Positions 9,101 through 24,100 of a DNA stretch of 64,000 nt are shown here, in pieces (the first letter of the stretch is position 1; every line of letters starts with the position of its first letter). The stretch is from Eledone cirrhosa (Eukaryota). The position numbers and the translations under genes were made by a program. The notes beneath the pieces are model-generated. The model was not told the DNA's origin and ran no database searches. It saw only the letters and a program-made list of their open reading frames with translations. The stretch is from contig OZ024742.1 in NCBI GenBank assembly GCA_964016885.1, forward strand, positions 368,962,001 to 369,026,000. Reading direction: 5' to 3'.

Positions 9101-12100
9101 TAGTTAGTACTTAACACTGGAGGAGGGGGACGGCAAGACAAAGCTGGTGTTTTGTATCTCACCAGTTAGTACTTAACCCTGGAGGAGGGGGGACAGCAAC
9201 AGACAAAGCTGGTGTTTTGTATCTCACTAGTTAGTACTTAACCCTGGAGGAGGGGGAAAGCAAGAAATAGCTGGTGTTTTGTATCTCACTAGTTAGTACT
9301 TAACACTGGAGGAGGGGGGAAAGCAAGAAATAGCTGGTGTTTTGTATCTCACTAGTTAGTACTTAACACTGGAGGAGGGGGACAGCAACAGACAAAGCTG
9401 GTGTTTTGTATCTCACTAGTTAGTACTTAACCCTGGAGGAGGGGGGACAGCAAGACAAAGCTGGTGTTTTGTATCTCACTAGTTAGTACTTAACCCTGGA
9501 GGAGGGGGGACAGCAAGACAAAGCTGGTGTTTTGTATCTCACTAGTTAGTACTTAACTCTGGAGGAGCGGGGACAGCAACAGACAAAGCTGGTGTTTTGT
9601 ATCTCACTAGTTAGTACTTAACCCTGGAGGAGGGGGGACAGTAAGACAAAGCTGGTGTTTTGTATCTCACTAGTTAGTACTTAACCCTGGAGGAGGGGGT
9701 ACAGCAAGACAAAGCTGGTGTTTTGTATCTCACTAGTTAATACTTAACCCTGGAGGAGGGGGGACAGCAACAGACAGAGCTGGTGTTTTGTATCTCACTA
9801 GTTAGTACTTAACACTGGAGGAGGGGGACGGCAAGACAAAGCTGGTGTTTTGTATCTCACTAGTTAGTACTTAACACTGGAGGAGGGGGACGGCAAGACA
9901 AAGCTGGTGTTTTGTATCTCACTAGTTAGTACTTAACCATGAAGGAGGGGGGACAGCAACAGACAAAGCTGGTGTTTTGTATCTCACTAGTTAGTACTTA
10001 ACCCTGGAGGAGGGGGGACAGCAACAGACAGAGCTGGTATTTTGTATCTCACTAGTTAATACTTAACCCTGGAGGAGGGGGGACAGCAACAGACAAAGCT
10101 GGTGTTTTGTATCTCACTAGTTAGTACTTAACCCTGGAGGAGGGGCACGGCAAGACAAAGCTGGTGTTTTGTATCTCACTAGTTAGTACTTAACCCTGGA
10201 GGAGGGGGGACAGCAACAGACAAAGCTGGTGTTTTGTATCTCACTAGTTAGTACTTAACCCTGGAGGAGGGGGAAAGCAAGAAATAGCTGGTGTTTTGTA
10301 TCTCACTAGTTAGTACTCAACACTGGAGGAGGGGGGAAAGCAAGAAATAGCTGGTGATTGTATCTCACTAGTTAGTACTTAACACTGGAGGAGGGGGACA
10401 GCAACAGACAAAGCTGGTGTTTTGTATCTCACTAGTTAGTACTTAACCCTGGAGGAGGGGGGACAGCAAGACAAAGCTGGTGTTTTGTATCTCACTAGTT
10501 AGTACTTAACTCTGGAGGAGCGGGGACAGCAACAGACAAAGCTGGTGTTTTGTATCTCACTAGTTAGTACTTAACCCTGGAGGAGGGGGGACAGCAAGAC
10601 AAAGCTGGTGTTTTGTATCTCACTAGTTAGTACTTAACCCTGGAGGAGGGGGTACAGCAAGACAAAGCTGGTGTTTTGTATCTCACTAGTTAGTACTTAA
10701 CTCTGGAGGAGGGGGGACAGCAACAGACAAAGCTGGTGTTTTGTATCTCACTAGTTAGTACTTAACACTGGACGAGGGGGGAAAGCAAGAAATAGACAAA
10801 GCTGGTGTTTTGTATCTCACTAGTTAGTACTTAACCCTGGAGGAGGGGGGACAGCAAGACAAAGCTCGTGTTTTGTATCTCACTAGTTAATACTTAACAC
10901 TGGAGGAGAGGGACAGCAACAGACAAAGCTGGTGTTTTGTATCTCACTAGTTAGTACGTAACCCTGGAGGAGAGGGACAGCAAGACAAAGCTGGTGTTTT
11001 GTATCTCACTAGTTAGTACTTAACACTGGAGGAGGGGGGACAGCAAGACAAAGCTGGTGTTTTGTATCTCACTAGTTAGTACTTAACACTGGAGGAGGGG
11101 GGACAGCAACAGAGAAAGCTGGTTTTTGTATCTCACTAGTTAGTACTTAACCCTGGATGAGGGGGGACAGCAACAGACAAAGCTGGTGTTTTGTATCTCA
11201 CTAGTTAGTACTTAACCCTGGAGGAGGGGGGACAGCAACAGACAGAGCTGGTATTTTGTATCTCACTAGTTAATACTTAACCCTGGAGGAGGGGGGACAG
11301 CAACAGACAAAGCTGGTGTTTTGTATCTCACTAGTTAGTACTTAACCCTGGAGGAGGGGCACGGCAAGACAAAGCTGGTGTTTTGTATCTCACTAGTTAG
11401 TACTTAACCCTGGGGGAGGGGGACAGCAACAGACAAAGCTGGTGATTTGTATCTCACTAGTTAGTACTTAACCCTGGGGGAGGGGGGACAGCAAGACAAA
11501 GCTGGTGTTTTGTATCTCACTAGTTAGTACTTAACCCTGGAGGAGGGGGGACAGCAAGACAAAGCTGGTGTTTTGTATCTCACTAGTTAGTACTTAACCC
11601 TGGAGGAGGGGGGACAGCAAGACAAAGCTGGTGTTTTGTATCTCACTAGTTAGTACTTAACTCTGGAGGAGCGGGGACAGCAACAGACAAAGCTGGTGTT
11701 TTGTATCTCACTAGTTAGTACTTAACCCTGGAGGAGGGGGGACAGCAAGACAAAGCTGGTGTTTTGTATCTCACTAGTTAGTACTTAACCCTGGAGGAGG
11801 GGGTCAGCAACAGACAAAGCTGGTCTTTTGTATCTCACTAGTTAGTACTTAACACTGGAGGAGGGGGGACAGCAAGACAAAGCTGGTGTTTTGTATCTCA
11901 CTAGTTAGTACTTAACACTGGAGGAGGGGGGACAGCAACAGAGAAAGCTGGTTTTTGTATCTCACTAGTTAGTACTTAACCCTGGATGAGGGGGGACAGC
12001 AACAGACAAAGCTGGTGTTTTGTATCTCACTAGTTAGTACTTAACACTGGAGGAGGGGGACGGCAAGACAAAGCTGGTGTTTTGTATCTCACCAGTTAGT

Positions 12101-15100
12101 ACTTAACCCTGGAGGAGGGGGGACAGCAACAGACAAAGCTGGTGTTTTGTATCTCACTAGTTAGTACTTAACCCTGGAGGAGGGGGAAAGCAAGAAATAG
12201 CTGGTGTTTTGTATCTCACTAGTTAGTACTTAACACTGGAGGAGGGGGGAAAGCAAGAAATAGCTGGTGTTTTGTATCTCACTAGTTAGTACTTAACACT
12301 GGAGGAGGGGGACAGCAACAGACAAAGCTGGTGTTTTGTATCTCACTAGTTAGTACTTAACCCTGGAGGAGGGGGGACAGCAAGACAAAGCTGGTGTTTT
12401 GTATCTCACTAGTTAGTACTTAACCCTGGAGGAGGGGGGACAGCAAGACAAAGCTGGTGTTTTGTATCTCACTAGTTAGTACTTAACTCTGGAGGAGCGG
12501 GGACAGCAACAGACAAAGCTGGTGTTTTGTATCTCACTAGTTAGTACTTAACCCTGGAGGAGGGGGGACAGCAAGACAAAGCTGGTGTTTTGTATCTCAC
12601 TAGTTAGTACTTAACCCTGGAGGAGGGGGTACAGCAAGACAAAGCTGGTGTTTTGTATCTCACTAGTTAGTACTTAACACTGGAGGAGGGGGGACAGCAA
12701 CAGACAAAGCTGGTGTTTTGTATCTCACTAGTTAGTACTTAACACTGGACGAGGGGGGAAAGCAAGAAATAGACAAAGCTGGTGTTTTGTATCTCACTAG
12801 TTAGTACTTAACCCTGGAGGAGGGGGGACAGCAAGACAAAGCTGGTGTTTTGTATCTCACTAGTTAATACTTGACCCTGGAGGAGAGGGACAGCAACAGA
12901 CAAAGCTGGTGTTTTGTATCTCACTAGTTAGTACTTAACCCTGGAGGAGAGGGACAGCAAGACAAAGCTGGTGTTTTGTATCTCACTAGTTAGTACTTAA
13001 CACTGGAGGAGGGGGGACAGCAAGACAAAGCTGGTGTTTTGTATCTCACTAGTTAGTACTTAACCCTGGAGGAGGGGGGACAGCAACAGAGAAAGCTGGT
13101 TTTTGTATCTCACTAGTTAGTACTTAACCCTGGATGAGGGGGGACAGCAACAGACAAAGCTGGTGTTTTGTATCTCACTAGTTAGTACTTAACCCTGGAG
13201 GAGGGGGACAGCAACAAGCAAAGCTGGTCTTTTGTATCTCACTAGTTAGTACTTAACCCTGGAGGAGGGTGACAGCAACAGACAAAGCTGGTGCTTTGTA
13301 TCTCACTAGTTAGTACTTAACCCTGGAGGAGAGGGGACAGCAAGACAAAGCTGGTGTTTTGTATCTCACTAGTTAGTACTTAACCCTGGGGGAGGGGGGA
13401 CAGCAAGACAAAGCAGGTGTTTTGTATCTCACTAGTTAGTACTTAACCCTGGAGGGGGACAGTAACAGACAAAGCTGGTGTTTTGTATCTCACTAGTTAG
13501 TACTTAACACTGGAGGAGGGGGGAAAGCAAGAAATAGCTGGTGTTTTGTATCTCACTAGTTAGTACTTAACACTGGAGGAGGGGGACAGCAACAGACAAA
13601 GCTGGTGTTTTGTATCTCACTAGTTAGTACTTAACCCTGGAGGAGGGGGGACAGCAAGACAAAGCTGGTGTTTTGTATCTCACTAGTTAGTACTTAACCC
13701 TGGAGGAGGGGGGACAGCAAGACAAAGCTGGTGTTTTGTATCTCACTAGTTAGTACTTAACTCTGGAGGAGCGGGGACAGCAACAGACAAAGCTGGTGTT
13801 TTGTATCTCACTAGTTAGTACTTAACCCTGGAGGAGGGGGGACAGTAAGACAAAGCTGGTGTTTTGTATCTCACTAGTTAGTACTTAACCCTGGAGGAGG
13901 GGGTACAGCAAGACAAAGCTGGTGTTTTGTATCTCACTAGTTAATACTTAACCCTGGAGGAGGGGGGACAGCAACAGACAAAGCTGGTGTTTTGTATCTC
14001 ACTAGTTAGTACTTAACACTGGAGGAGGGGGACGGCAAGACAAAGCTGGTGTTTTGTATCTCACTAGTTAGTACTTAACACTGGAGGAGGGGGACGGCAA
14101 GACAAAGCTGGTGTTTTGTATCTCACTAGTTAGTACTTAACCATGAAGGAGGGGGGACAGCAACAGACAAAGCTGGTGTTTTGTATCTCACTAGTTAGTA
14201 CTTAACCCTGGAGGAGGGGGGACAGCAACAGACAGAGCTGGTATTTTGTATCTCACTAGTTAATACTTAACCCTGGAGGAGGGGGGACAGCAACAGACAA
14301 AGCTGGTGTTTTGTATCTCACTAGTTAGTACTTAACCCTGGAGGAGGGGCACGGCAAGACAAAGCTGGTGTTTTGTATCTCACTAGTTAGTACTTAACCC
14401 TGGAGGAGGGGGGACAGCAACAGACAAAGCTGGTGTTTTGTATCTCACTAGTTAGTACTTAACCCTGGAGGAGGGGGAAAGCAAGAAATAGCTGGTGTTT
14501 TGTATCTCACTAGTTAGTACTCAACACTGGAGGAGGGGGGAAAGCAAGAAATAGCTGGTGTTTTGTATCTCACTAGTTAGTACTTAACACTGGAGGAGGG
14601 GGACAGCAACAGACAAAGCTGGTGTTTTGTATCTCACTAGTTAGTACTTAACCCTGGAGGAGGGGGGACAGCAAGACAAAGCTGGTGTTTTGTATCTCAC
14701 TAGTTAGTACTTAACTCTGGAGGAGCGGGGACAGCAACAGACAAAGCTGGTGTTTTGTATCTCACTAGTTAGTACTTAACCCTGGAGGAGGGGGGACAGC
14801 AAGACAAAGCTGGTGTTTTGTATCTCACTAGTTAGTACTTAACCCTGGAGGAGGGGGTACAGCAAGACAAAGCTGGTGTTTTGTATCTCACTAGTTAGTA
14901 CTTAACTCTGGAGGAGGGGGGACAGCAACAGACAAAGCTGGTGTTTTGTATCTCACTAGTTAGTACTTAACACTGGACGAGGGGGGAAAGCAAGAAATAG
15001 ACAAAGCTGGTGTTTTGTATCTCACTAGTTAGTACTTAACCCTGGAGGAGGGGGGACAGCAAGACAAAGCTCGTGTTTTGTATCTCACTAGTTAATACTT

Positions 15101-18100
15101 AACACTGGAGGAGAGGGACAGCAACAGACAAAGCTGGTGTTTTGTATCTCACTAGTTAGTACGTAACCCTGGAGGAGAGGGACAGCAAGACAAAGCTGGT
15201 GTTTTGTATCTCACTAGTTAGTACTTAACACTGGAGGAGGGGGGACAGCAACAGAGAAAGCTGGTTTTTGTATCTCACTAGTTAGTACTTAACCCTGGAT
15301 GAGGGGGGACAGCAACAGACAAAGCTGGTGTTTTGTATCTCACTAGTTAGTACTTAACCCTGGAGGAGGGGGGACAGCAACAGACAGAGCTGGTATTTTG
15401 TATCTCACTAGTTAATACTTAACCCTGGAGGAGGGGGGACAGCAACAGACAAAGCTGGTGTTTTGTATCTCACTAGTTAGTACTTAACCCTGGAGGAGGG
15501 GCACGGCAAGACAAAGCTGGTGTTTTGTATCTCACTAGTTAGTACTTAACCCTGGGGGAGGGGGACAGCAACAGACAAAGCTGGTGATTTGTATCTCACT
15601 AGTTAGTACTTAACCCTGGGGGAGGGGGGACAGCAAGACAAAGCTGGTGTTTTGTATCTCACTAGTTAGTACTTAACCCTGGAGGAGGGGGGACAGCAAG
15701 ACAAAGCTGGTGTTTTGTATCTCACTAGTTAGTACTTAACCCTGGAGGAGGGGGGACAGCAAGACAAAGCTGGTGTTTTGTATCTCACTAGTTAGTACTT
15801 AACTCTGGAGGAGCGGGGACAGCAACAGACAAAGCTGGTGTTTTGTATCTCACTAGTTAGTACTTAACCCTGGAGGAGGGGGGACAGCAAGACAAAGCTG
15901 GTGTTTTGTATCTCACTAGTTAGTACTTAACCCTGGAGGAGGGGGTCAGCAACAGACAAAGCTGGTCTTTTGTATCTCACTAGTTAGTACTTAACACTGG
16001 AGGAGGGGGGACAGCAAGACAAAGCTGGTGTTTTGTATCTCACTAGTTAGTACTTAACACTGGAGGAGGGGGGACAGCAACAGAGAAAGCTGGTTTTTGT
16101 ATCTCACTAGTTAGTACTTAACCCTGGATGAGGGGGGACAGCAACAGACAAAGCTGGTGTTTTGTATCTCACTAGTTAGTACTTAACACTGGAGGAGGGG
16201 GGACAGCAAGACAAAGCTGGTGTTTTGTATCTCACTAGTTAGTACTTAACCCTGGAGGAGGGGGTACAGCAAGACAAAGCTGGTGTTTTGTATCTCACTA
16301 GTTAGTACTTAACTCTGGAGGAGGGGGGACAGCAACAGACAAAGCTGGTGTTTTGTATCTCACTAGTTAGTACTTAACACTGGACGAGGGGGGAAAGCAA
16401 GAAATAGACAAAGCTGGTGTTTTGTATCTCACTAGTTAGTACTTAACCCTGGAGGAGGGGGGACAGCAAGACAAAGCTCGTGTTTTGTATCTCACTAGTT
16501 AATACTTAACACTGGAGGAGAGGGACAGCAACAGACAAAGCTGGTGTTTTGTATCTCACTAGTTAGTACGTAACCCTGGAGGAGAGGGACAGCAAGACAA
16601 AGCTGGTGTTTTGTATCTCACTAGTTAGTACTTAACACTGGAGGAGGGGGGACAGCAACAGAGAAAGCTGGTTTTTGTATCTCACTAGTTAGTACTTAAC
16701 CCTGGATGAGGGGGGACAGCAACAGACAAAGCTGGTGTTTTGTATCTCACTAGTTAGTACTTAACCCTGGAGGAGGGGGGACAGCAACAGACAGAGCTGG
16801 TATTTTGTATCTCACTAGTTAATACTTAACCCTGGAGGAGGGGGGACAGCAACAGACAAAGCTGGTGTTTTGTATCTCACTAGTTAGTACTTAACCCTGG
16901 AGGAGGGGCACGGCAAGACAAAGCTGGTGTTTTGTATCTCACTAGTTAGTACTTAACCCTGGGGGAGGGGGACAGCAACAGACAAAGCTGGTGATTTGTA
17001 TCTCACTAGTTAGTACTTAACCCTGGGGGAGGGGGGACAGCAAGACAAAGCTGGTGTTTTGTATCTCACTAGTTAGTACTTAACCCTGGAGGAGGGGGGA
17101 CAGCAAGACAAAGCTGGTGTTTTGTATCTCACTAGTTAGTACTTAACCCTGGAGGAGGGGGGACAGCAAGACAAAGCTGGTGTTTTGTATCTCACTAGTT
17201 AGTACTTAACTCTGGAGGAGCGGGGACAGCAACAGACAAAGCTGGTGTTTTGTATCTCACTAGTTAGTACTTAACCCTGGAGGAGGGGGGACAGCAAGAC
17301 AAAGCTGGTGTTTTGTATCTCACTAGTTAGTACTTAACCCTGGAGGAGGGGGTCAGCAACAGACAAAGCTGGTCTTTTGTATCTCACTAGTTAGTACTTA
17401 ACACTGGAGGAGGGGGGACAGCAAGACAAAGCTGGTGTTTTGTATCTCACTAGTTAGTACTTAACACTGGAGGAGGGGGGACAGCAACAGAGAAAGCTGG
17501 TTTTTGTATCTCACTAGTTAGTACTTAACCCTGGATGAGGGGGGACAGCAACAGACAAAGCTGGTGTTTTGTATCTCACTAGTTAGTACTTAACACTGGA
17601 GGAGGGGGGACAGCAAGACAAAGCTGGTGTTTTGTATCTCACTAGTTAGTACTTAACCCTGGAGGAGGGGGTACAGCAAGACAAAGCTGGTGTTTTGTAT
17701 CTCACTAGTTAGTACTTAACTCTGGAGGAGGGGGGACAGCAACAGACAAAGCTGGTGTTTTGTATCTCACTAGTTAGTACTTAACACTGGACGAGGGGGG
17801 AAAGCAAGAAATAGACAAAGCTGGTGTTTTGTATCTCACTAGTTAGTACTTAACCCTGGAGGAGGGGGGACAGCAAGACAAAGCTCGTGTTTTGTATCTC
17901 ACTAGTTAATACTTAACACTGGAGGAGAGGGACAGCAACAGACAAAGCTGGTGTTTTGTATCTCACTAGTTAGTACGTAACCCTGGAGGAGAGGGACAGC
18001 AAGACAAAGCTGGTGTTTTGTATCTCACTAGTTAGTACTTAACACTGGAGGAGGGGGGACAGCAACAGAGAAAGCTGGTTTTTGTATCTCACTAGTTAGT

Positions 18101-21100
18101 ACTTAACCCTGGATGAGGGGGGACAGCAACAGACAAAGCTGGTGTTTTGTATCTCACTAGTTAGTACTTAACCCTGGAGGAGGGGGGACAGCAACAGACA
18201 GAGCTGGTATTTTGTATCTCACTAGTTAATACTTAACCCTGGAGGAGGGGGGACAGCAACAGACAAAGCTGGTGTTTTGTATCTCACTAGTTAGTACTTA
18301 ACCCTGGAGGAGGGGCACGGCAAGACAAAGCTGGTGTTTTGTATCTCACTAGTTAGTACTTAACCCTGGGGGAGGGGGACAGCAACAGACAAAGCTGGTG
18401 ATTTGTATCTCACTAGTTAGTACTTAACCCTGGGGGAGGGGGGACAGCAAGACAAAGCTGGTGTTTTGTATCTCACTAGTTAGTACTTAACCCTGGAGGA
18501 GGGGGGACAGCAAGACAAAGCTGGTGTTTTGTATCTCACTAGTTAGTACTTAACCCTGGAGGAGGGGGGACAGCAAGACAAAGCTGGTGTTTTGTATCTC
18601 ACTAGTTAGTACTTAACTCTGGAGGAGCGGGGACAGCAACAGACAAAGCTGGTGTTTTGTATCTCACTAGTTAGTACTTAACCCTGGAGGAGGGGGGACA
18701 GCAAGACAAAGCTGGTGTTTTGTATCTCACTAGTTAGTACTTAACCCTGGAGGAGGGGGTCAGCAACAGACAAAGCTGGTCTTTTGTATCTCACTAGTTA
18801 GTACTTAACACTGGAGGAGGGGGGACAGCAAGACAAAGCTGGTGTTTTGTATCTCACTAGTTAGTACTTAACACTGGAGGAGGGGGGACAGCAACAGAGA
18901 AAGCTGGTTTTTGTATCTCACTAGTTAGTACTTAACCCTGGATGAGGGGGGACAGCAACAGACAAAGCTGGTGTTTTGTATCTCACTAGTTAGTACTTAA
19001 CACTGGAGGAGGGGGACGGCAAGACAAAGCTGGTGTTTTGTATCTCACCAGTTAGTACTTAACCCTGGAGGAGGGGGGACAGCAACAGACAAAGCTGGTG
19101 TTTTGTATCTCACTAGTTAGTACTTAACCCTGGAGGAGGGGGAAAGCAAGAAATAGCTGGTGTTTTGTATCTCACTAGTTAGTACTTAACACTGGAGGAG
19201 GGGGGAAAGCAAGAAATAGCTGGTGTTTTGTATCTCACTAGTTAGTACTTAACACTGGAGGAGGGGGACAGCAACAGACAAAGCTGGTGTTTTGTATCTC
19301 ACTAGTTAGTACTTAACCCTGGAGGAGGGGGGACAGCAAGACAAAGCTGGTGTTTTGTATCTCACTAGTTAGTACTTAACCCTGGAGGAGGGGGGACAGC
19401 AAGACAAAGCTGGTGTTTTGTATCTCACTAGTTAGTACTTAACTCTGGAGGAGCGGGGACAGCAACAGACAAAGCTGGTGTTTTGTATCTCACTAGTTAG
19501 TACTTAACCCTGGAGGAGGGGGGACAGCAAGACAAAGCTGGTGTTTTGTATCTCACTAGTTAGTACTTAACCCTGGAGGAGGGGGTACAGCAAGACAAAG
19601 CTGGTGTTTTGTATCTCACTAGTTAGTACTTAACACTGGAGGAGGGGGGACAGCAACAGACAAAGCTGGTGTTTTGTATCTCACTAGTTAGTACTTAACA
19701 CTGGACGAGGGGGGAAAGCAAGAAATAGACAAAGCTGGTGTTTTGTATCTCACTAGTTAGTACTTAACCCTGGAGGAGGGGGGACAGCAAGACAAAGCTG
19801 GTGTTTTGTATCTCACTAGTTAATACTTGACCCTGGAGGAGAGGGACAGCAACAGACAAAGCTGGTGTTTTGTATCTCACTAGTTAGTACTTAACCCTGG
19901 AGGAGAGGGACAGCAAGACAAAGCTGGTGTTTTGTATCTCACTAGTTAGTACTTAACACTGGAGGAGGGGGGACAGCAAGACAAAGCTGGTGTTTTGTAT
20001 CTCACTAGTTAGTACTTAACCCTGGAGGAGGGGGGACAGCAACAGAGAAAGCTGGTTTTTGTATCTCACTAGTTAGTACTTAACCCTGGATGAGGGGGGA
20101 CAGCAACAGACAAAGCTGGTGTTTTGTATCTCACTAGTTAGTACTTAACCCTGGAGGAGGGGGACAGCAACAAGCAAAGCTGGTCTTTTGTATCTCACTA
20201 GTTAGTACTTAACCCTGGAGGAGGGTGACAGCAACAGACAAAGCTGGTGCTTTGTATCTCACTAGTTAGTACTTAACCCTGGAGGAGAGGGGACAGCAAG
20301 ACAAAGCTGGTGTTTTGTATCTCACTAGTTAGTACTTAACCCTGGGGGAGGGGGGACAGCAAGACAAAGCAGGTGTTTTGTATCTCACTAGTTAGTACTT
20401 AACCCTGGAGGGGGACAGTAACAGACAAAGCTGGTGTTTTGTATCTCACTAGTTAGTACTTAACACTGGAGGAGGGGGGAAAGCAAGAAATAGCTGGTGT
20501 TTTGTATCTCACTAGTTAGTACTTAACACTGGAGGAGGGGGACAGCAACAGACAAAGCTGGTGTTTTGTATCTCACTACTTAGTACTTAACCCTGGAGGA
20601 GGGGGGACAGCAAGACAAAGCTGGTGTTTTGTATCTCACTAGTTAGTACTTAACCCTGGAGGAGGGGGGACAGCAAGACAAAGCTGGTGTTTTGTATCTC
20701 ACTAGTTAGTACTTAACTCTGGAGGAGCGGGGACAGCAACAGACAAAGCTGGTGTTTTGTATCTCACTAGTTAGTACTTAACCCTGGAGGAGGGGGGACA
20801 GTAAGACAAAGCTGGTGTTTTGTATCTCACTAGTTAGTACTTAACCCTGGAGGAGGGGGTACAGCAAGACAAAGCTGGTGTTTTGTATCTCACTAGTTAA
20901 TACTTAACCCTGGAGGAGGGGGGACAGCAACAGACAAAGCTGGTGTTTTGTATCTCACTAGTTAGTACTTAACACTGGAGGAGGGGGACGGCAAGACAAA
21001 GCTGGTGTTTTGTATCTCACTAGTTAGTACTTAACACTGGAGGAGGGGGACGGCAAGACAAAGCTGGTGTTTTGTATCTCACTAGTTAGTACTTAACCAT

Positions 21101-24100
21101 GAAGGAGGGGGGACAGCAACAGACAAAGCTGGTGTTTTGTATCTCACTAGTTAGTACTTAACCCTGGAGGAGGGGGGACAGCAACAGACAGAGCTGGTAT
21201 TTTGTATCTCACTAGTTAATACTTAACCCTGGAGGAGGGGGGACAGCAACAGACAAAGCTGGTGTTTTGTATCTCACTAGTTAGTACTTAACCCTGGAGG
21301 AGGGGCACGGCAAGACAAAGCTGGTGTTTTGTATCTCACTAGTTAGTACTTAACCCTGGAGGAGGGGGGACAGCAACAGACAAAGCTGGTGTTTTGTATC
21401 TCACTAGTTAGTACTTAACCCTGGAGGAGGGGGAAAGCAAGAAATAGCTGGTGTTTTGTATCTCACTAGTTAGTACTCAACACTGGAGGAGGGGGGAAAG
21501 CAAGAAATAGCTGGTGTTTTGTATCTCACTAGTTAGTACTTAACACTGGAGGAGGGGGACAGCAACAGACAAAGCTGGTGTTTTGTATCTCACTAGTTAG
21601 TACTTAACCCTGGAGGAGGGGGGACAGCAAGACAAAGCTGGTGTTTTGTATCTCACTAGTTAGTACTTAACTCTGGAGGAGCGGGGACAGCAACAGACAA
21701 AGCTGGTGTTTTGTATCTCACTAGTTAGTACTTAACCCTGGAGGAGGGGGGACAGCAAGACAAAGCTGGTGTTTTGTATCTCACTAGTTAGTACTTAACC
21801 CTGGAGGAGGGGGTACAGCAAGACAAAGCTGGTGTTTTGTATCTCACTAGTTAGTACTTAACTCTGGAGGAGGGGGGACAGCAACAGACAAAGCTGGTGT
21901 TTTGTATCTCACTAGTTAGTACTTAACACTGGACGAGGGGGGAAAGCAAGAAATAGACAAAGCTGGTGTTTTGTATCTCACTAGTTAGTACTTAACCCTG
22001 GAGGAGGGGGGACAGCAAGACAAAGCTCGTGTTTTGTATCTCACTAGTTAATACTTAACACTGGAGGAGAGGGACAGCAACAGACAAAGCTGGTGTTTTG
22101 TATCTCACTAGTTAGTACGTAACCCTGGAGGAGAGGGACAGCAAGACAAAGCTGGTGTTTTGTATCTCACTAGTTAGTACTTAACACTGGAGGAGGGGGG
22201 ACAGCAAGACAAAGCTGGTGTTTTGTATCTCACTAGTTAGTACTTAACACTGGAGGAGGGGGGACAGCAACAGAGAAAGCTGGTTTTTGTATCTCACTAG
22301 TTAGTACTTAACCCTGGATGAGGGGGGACAGCAACAGACAAAGCTGGTGTTTTGTATCTCACTAGTTAGTACTTAACCCTGGAGGAGGGGGGACAGCAAC
22401 AGACAGAGCTGGTATTTTGTATCTCACTAGTTAATGCTTAACCCTGGAGGAGGGGGGACAGCAACAGACAAAGCTGGTGTTTTGTATCTCACTAGTTAGT
22501 ACTTAACCCTGGAGGAGGGGCACGGCAAGACAAAGCTGGTGTTTTGTATCTCACTAGTTAGTACTTAACCCTGGGGGAGGGGGACAGCAACAGACAAAGC
22601 TGGTGATTTGTATCTCACTAGTTAGTACTTAACCCTGGGGGAGGGGGGACAGCAAGACAAAGCTGGTGTTTTGTATCTCACTAGTTAGTACTTAACCCTG
22701 GAGGAGGGGGGACAGCAAGACAAAGCTGGTGTTTTGTATCTCACTAGTTAGTACTTAACCCTGGAGGAGGGGGGACAGCAAGACAAAGCTGGTGTTTTGT
22801 ATCTCACTAGTTAGTACTTAACTCTGGAGGAGCGGGGACAGCAACAGACAAAGCTGGTGTTTTGTATCTCACTAGTTAGTACTTAACCCTGGAGGAGGGG
22901 GGACAGCAAGACAAAGCTGGTGTTTTGTATCTCACTAGTTAGTACTTAACCCTGGAGGAGGGGGTCAGCAACAGACAAAGCTGGTCTTTTGTATCTCACT
23001 AGTTAGTACTTAACACTGGAGGAGGGGGGACAGCAAGACAAAGCTGGTGTTTTGTATCTCACTAGTTAGTACTTAACACTGGAGGAGGGGGGACAGCAAC
23101 AGAGAAAGCTGGTTTTTGTATCTCACTAGTTAGTACTTAACCCTGGATGAGGGGGGACAGCAACAGACAAAGCTGGTGTTTTGTATCTCACTAGTTAGTA
23201 CTTAACACTGGAGGAGGGGGACGGCAAGACAAAGCTGGTGTTTTGTATCTCACCAGTTAGTACTTAACCCTGGAGGAGGGGGGACAGCAACAGACAAAGC
23301 TGGTGTTTTGTATCTCACTAGTTAGTACTTAACCCTGGAGGAGGGGGAAAGCAAGAAATAGCTGGTGTTTTGTATCTCACTAGTTAGTACTTAACACTGG
23401 AGGAGGGGGGAAAGCAAGAAATAGCTGGTGTTTTGTATCTCACTAGTTAGTACTTAACACTGGAGGAGGGGGACAGCAACAGACAAAGCTGGTGTTTTGT
23501 ATCTCACTAGTTAGTACTTAACCCTGGAGGAGGGGGGACAGCAAGACAAAGCTGGTGTTTTGTATCTCACTAGTTAGTACTTAACCCTGGAGGAGGGGGG
23601 ACAGCAAGACAAAGCTGGTGTTTTGTATCTCACTAGTTAGTACTTAACTCTGGAGGAGCGGGGACAGCAACAGACAAAGCTGGTGTTTTGTATCTCACTA
23701 GTTAGTACTTAACCCTGGAGGAGGGGGGACAGCAAGACAAAGCTGGTGTTTTGTATCTCACTAGTTAGTACTTAACCCTGGAGGAGGGGGTACAGCAAGA
23801 CAAAGCTGGTGTTTTGTATCTCACTAGTTAGTACTTAACACTGGAGGAGGGGGGACAGCAACAGACAAAGCTGGTGTTTTGTATCTCACTAGTTAGTACT
23901 TAACACTGGACGAGGGGGGAAAGCAAGAAATAGACAAAGCTGGTGTTTTGTATCTCACTAGTTAGTACTTAACCCTGGAGGAGGGGGGACAGCAAGACAA
24001 AGCTGGTGTTTTGTATCTCACTAGTTAATACTTGACCCTGGAGGAGAGGGACAGCAACAGACAAAGCTGGTGTTTTGTATCTCACTAGTTAGTACTTAAC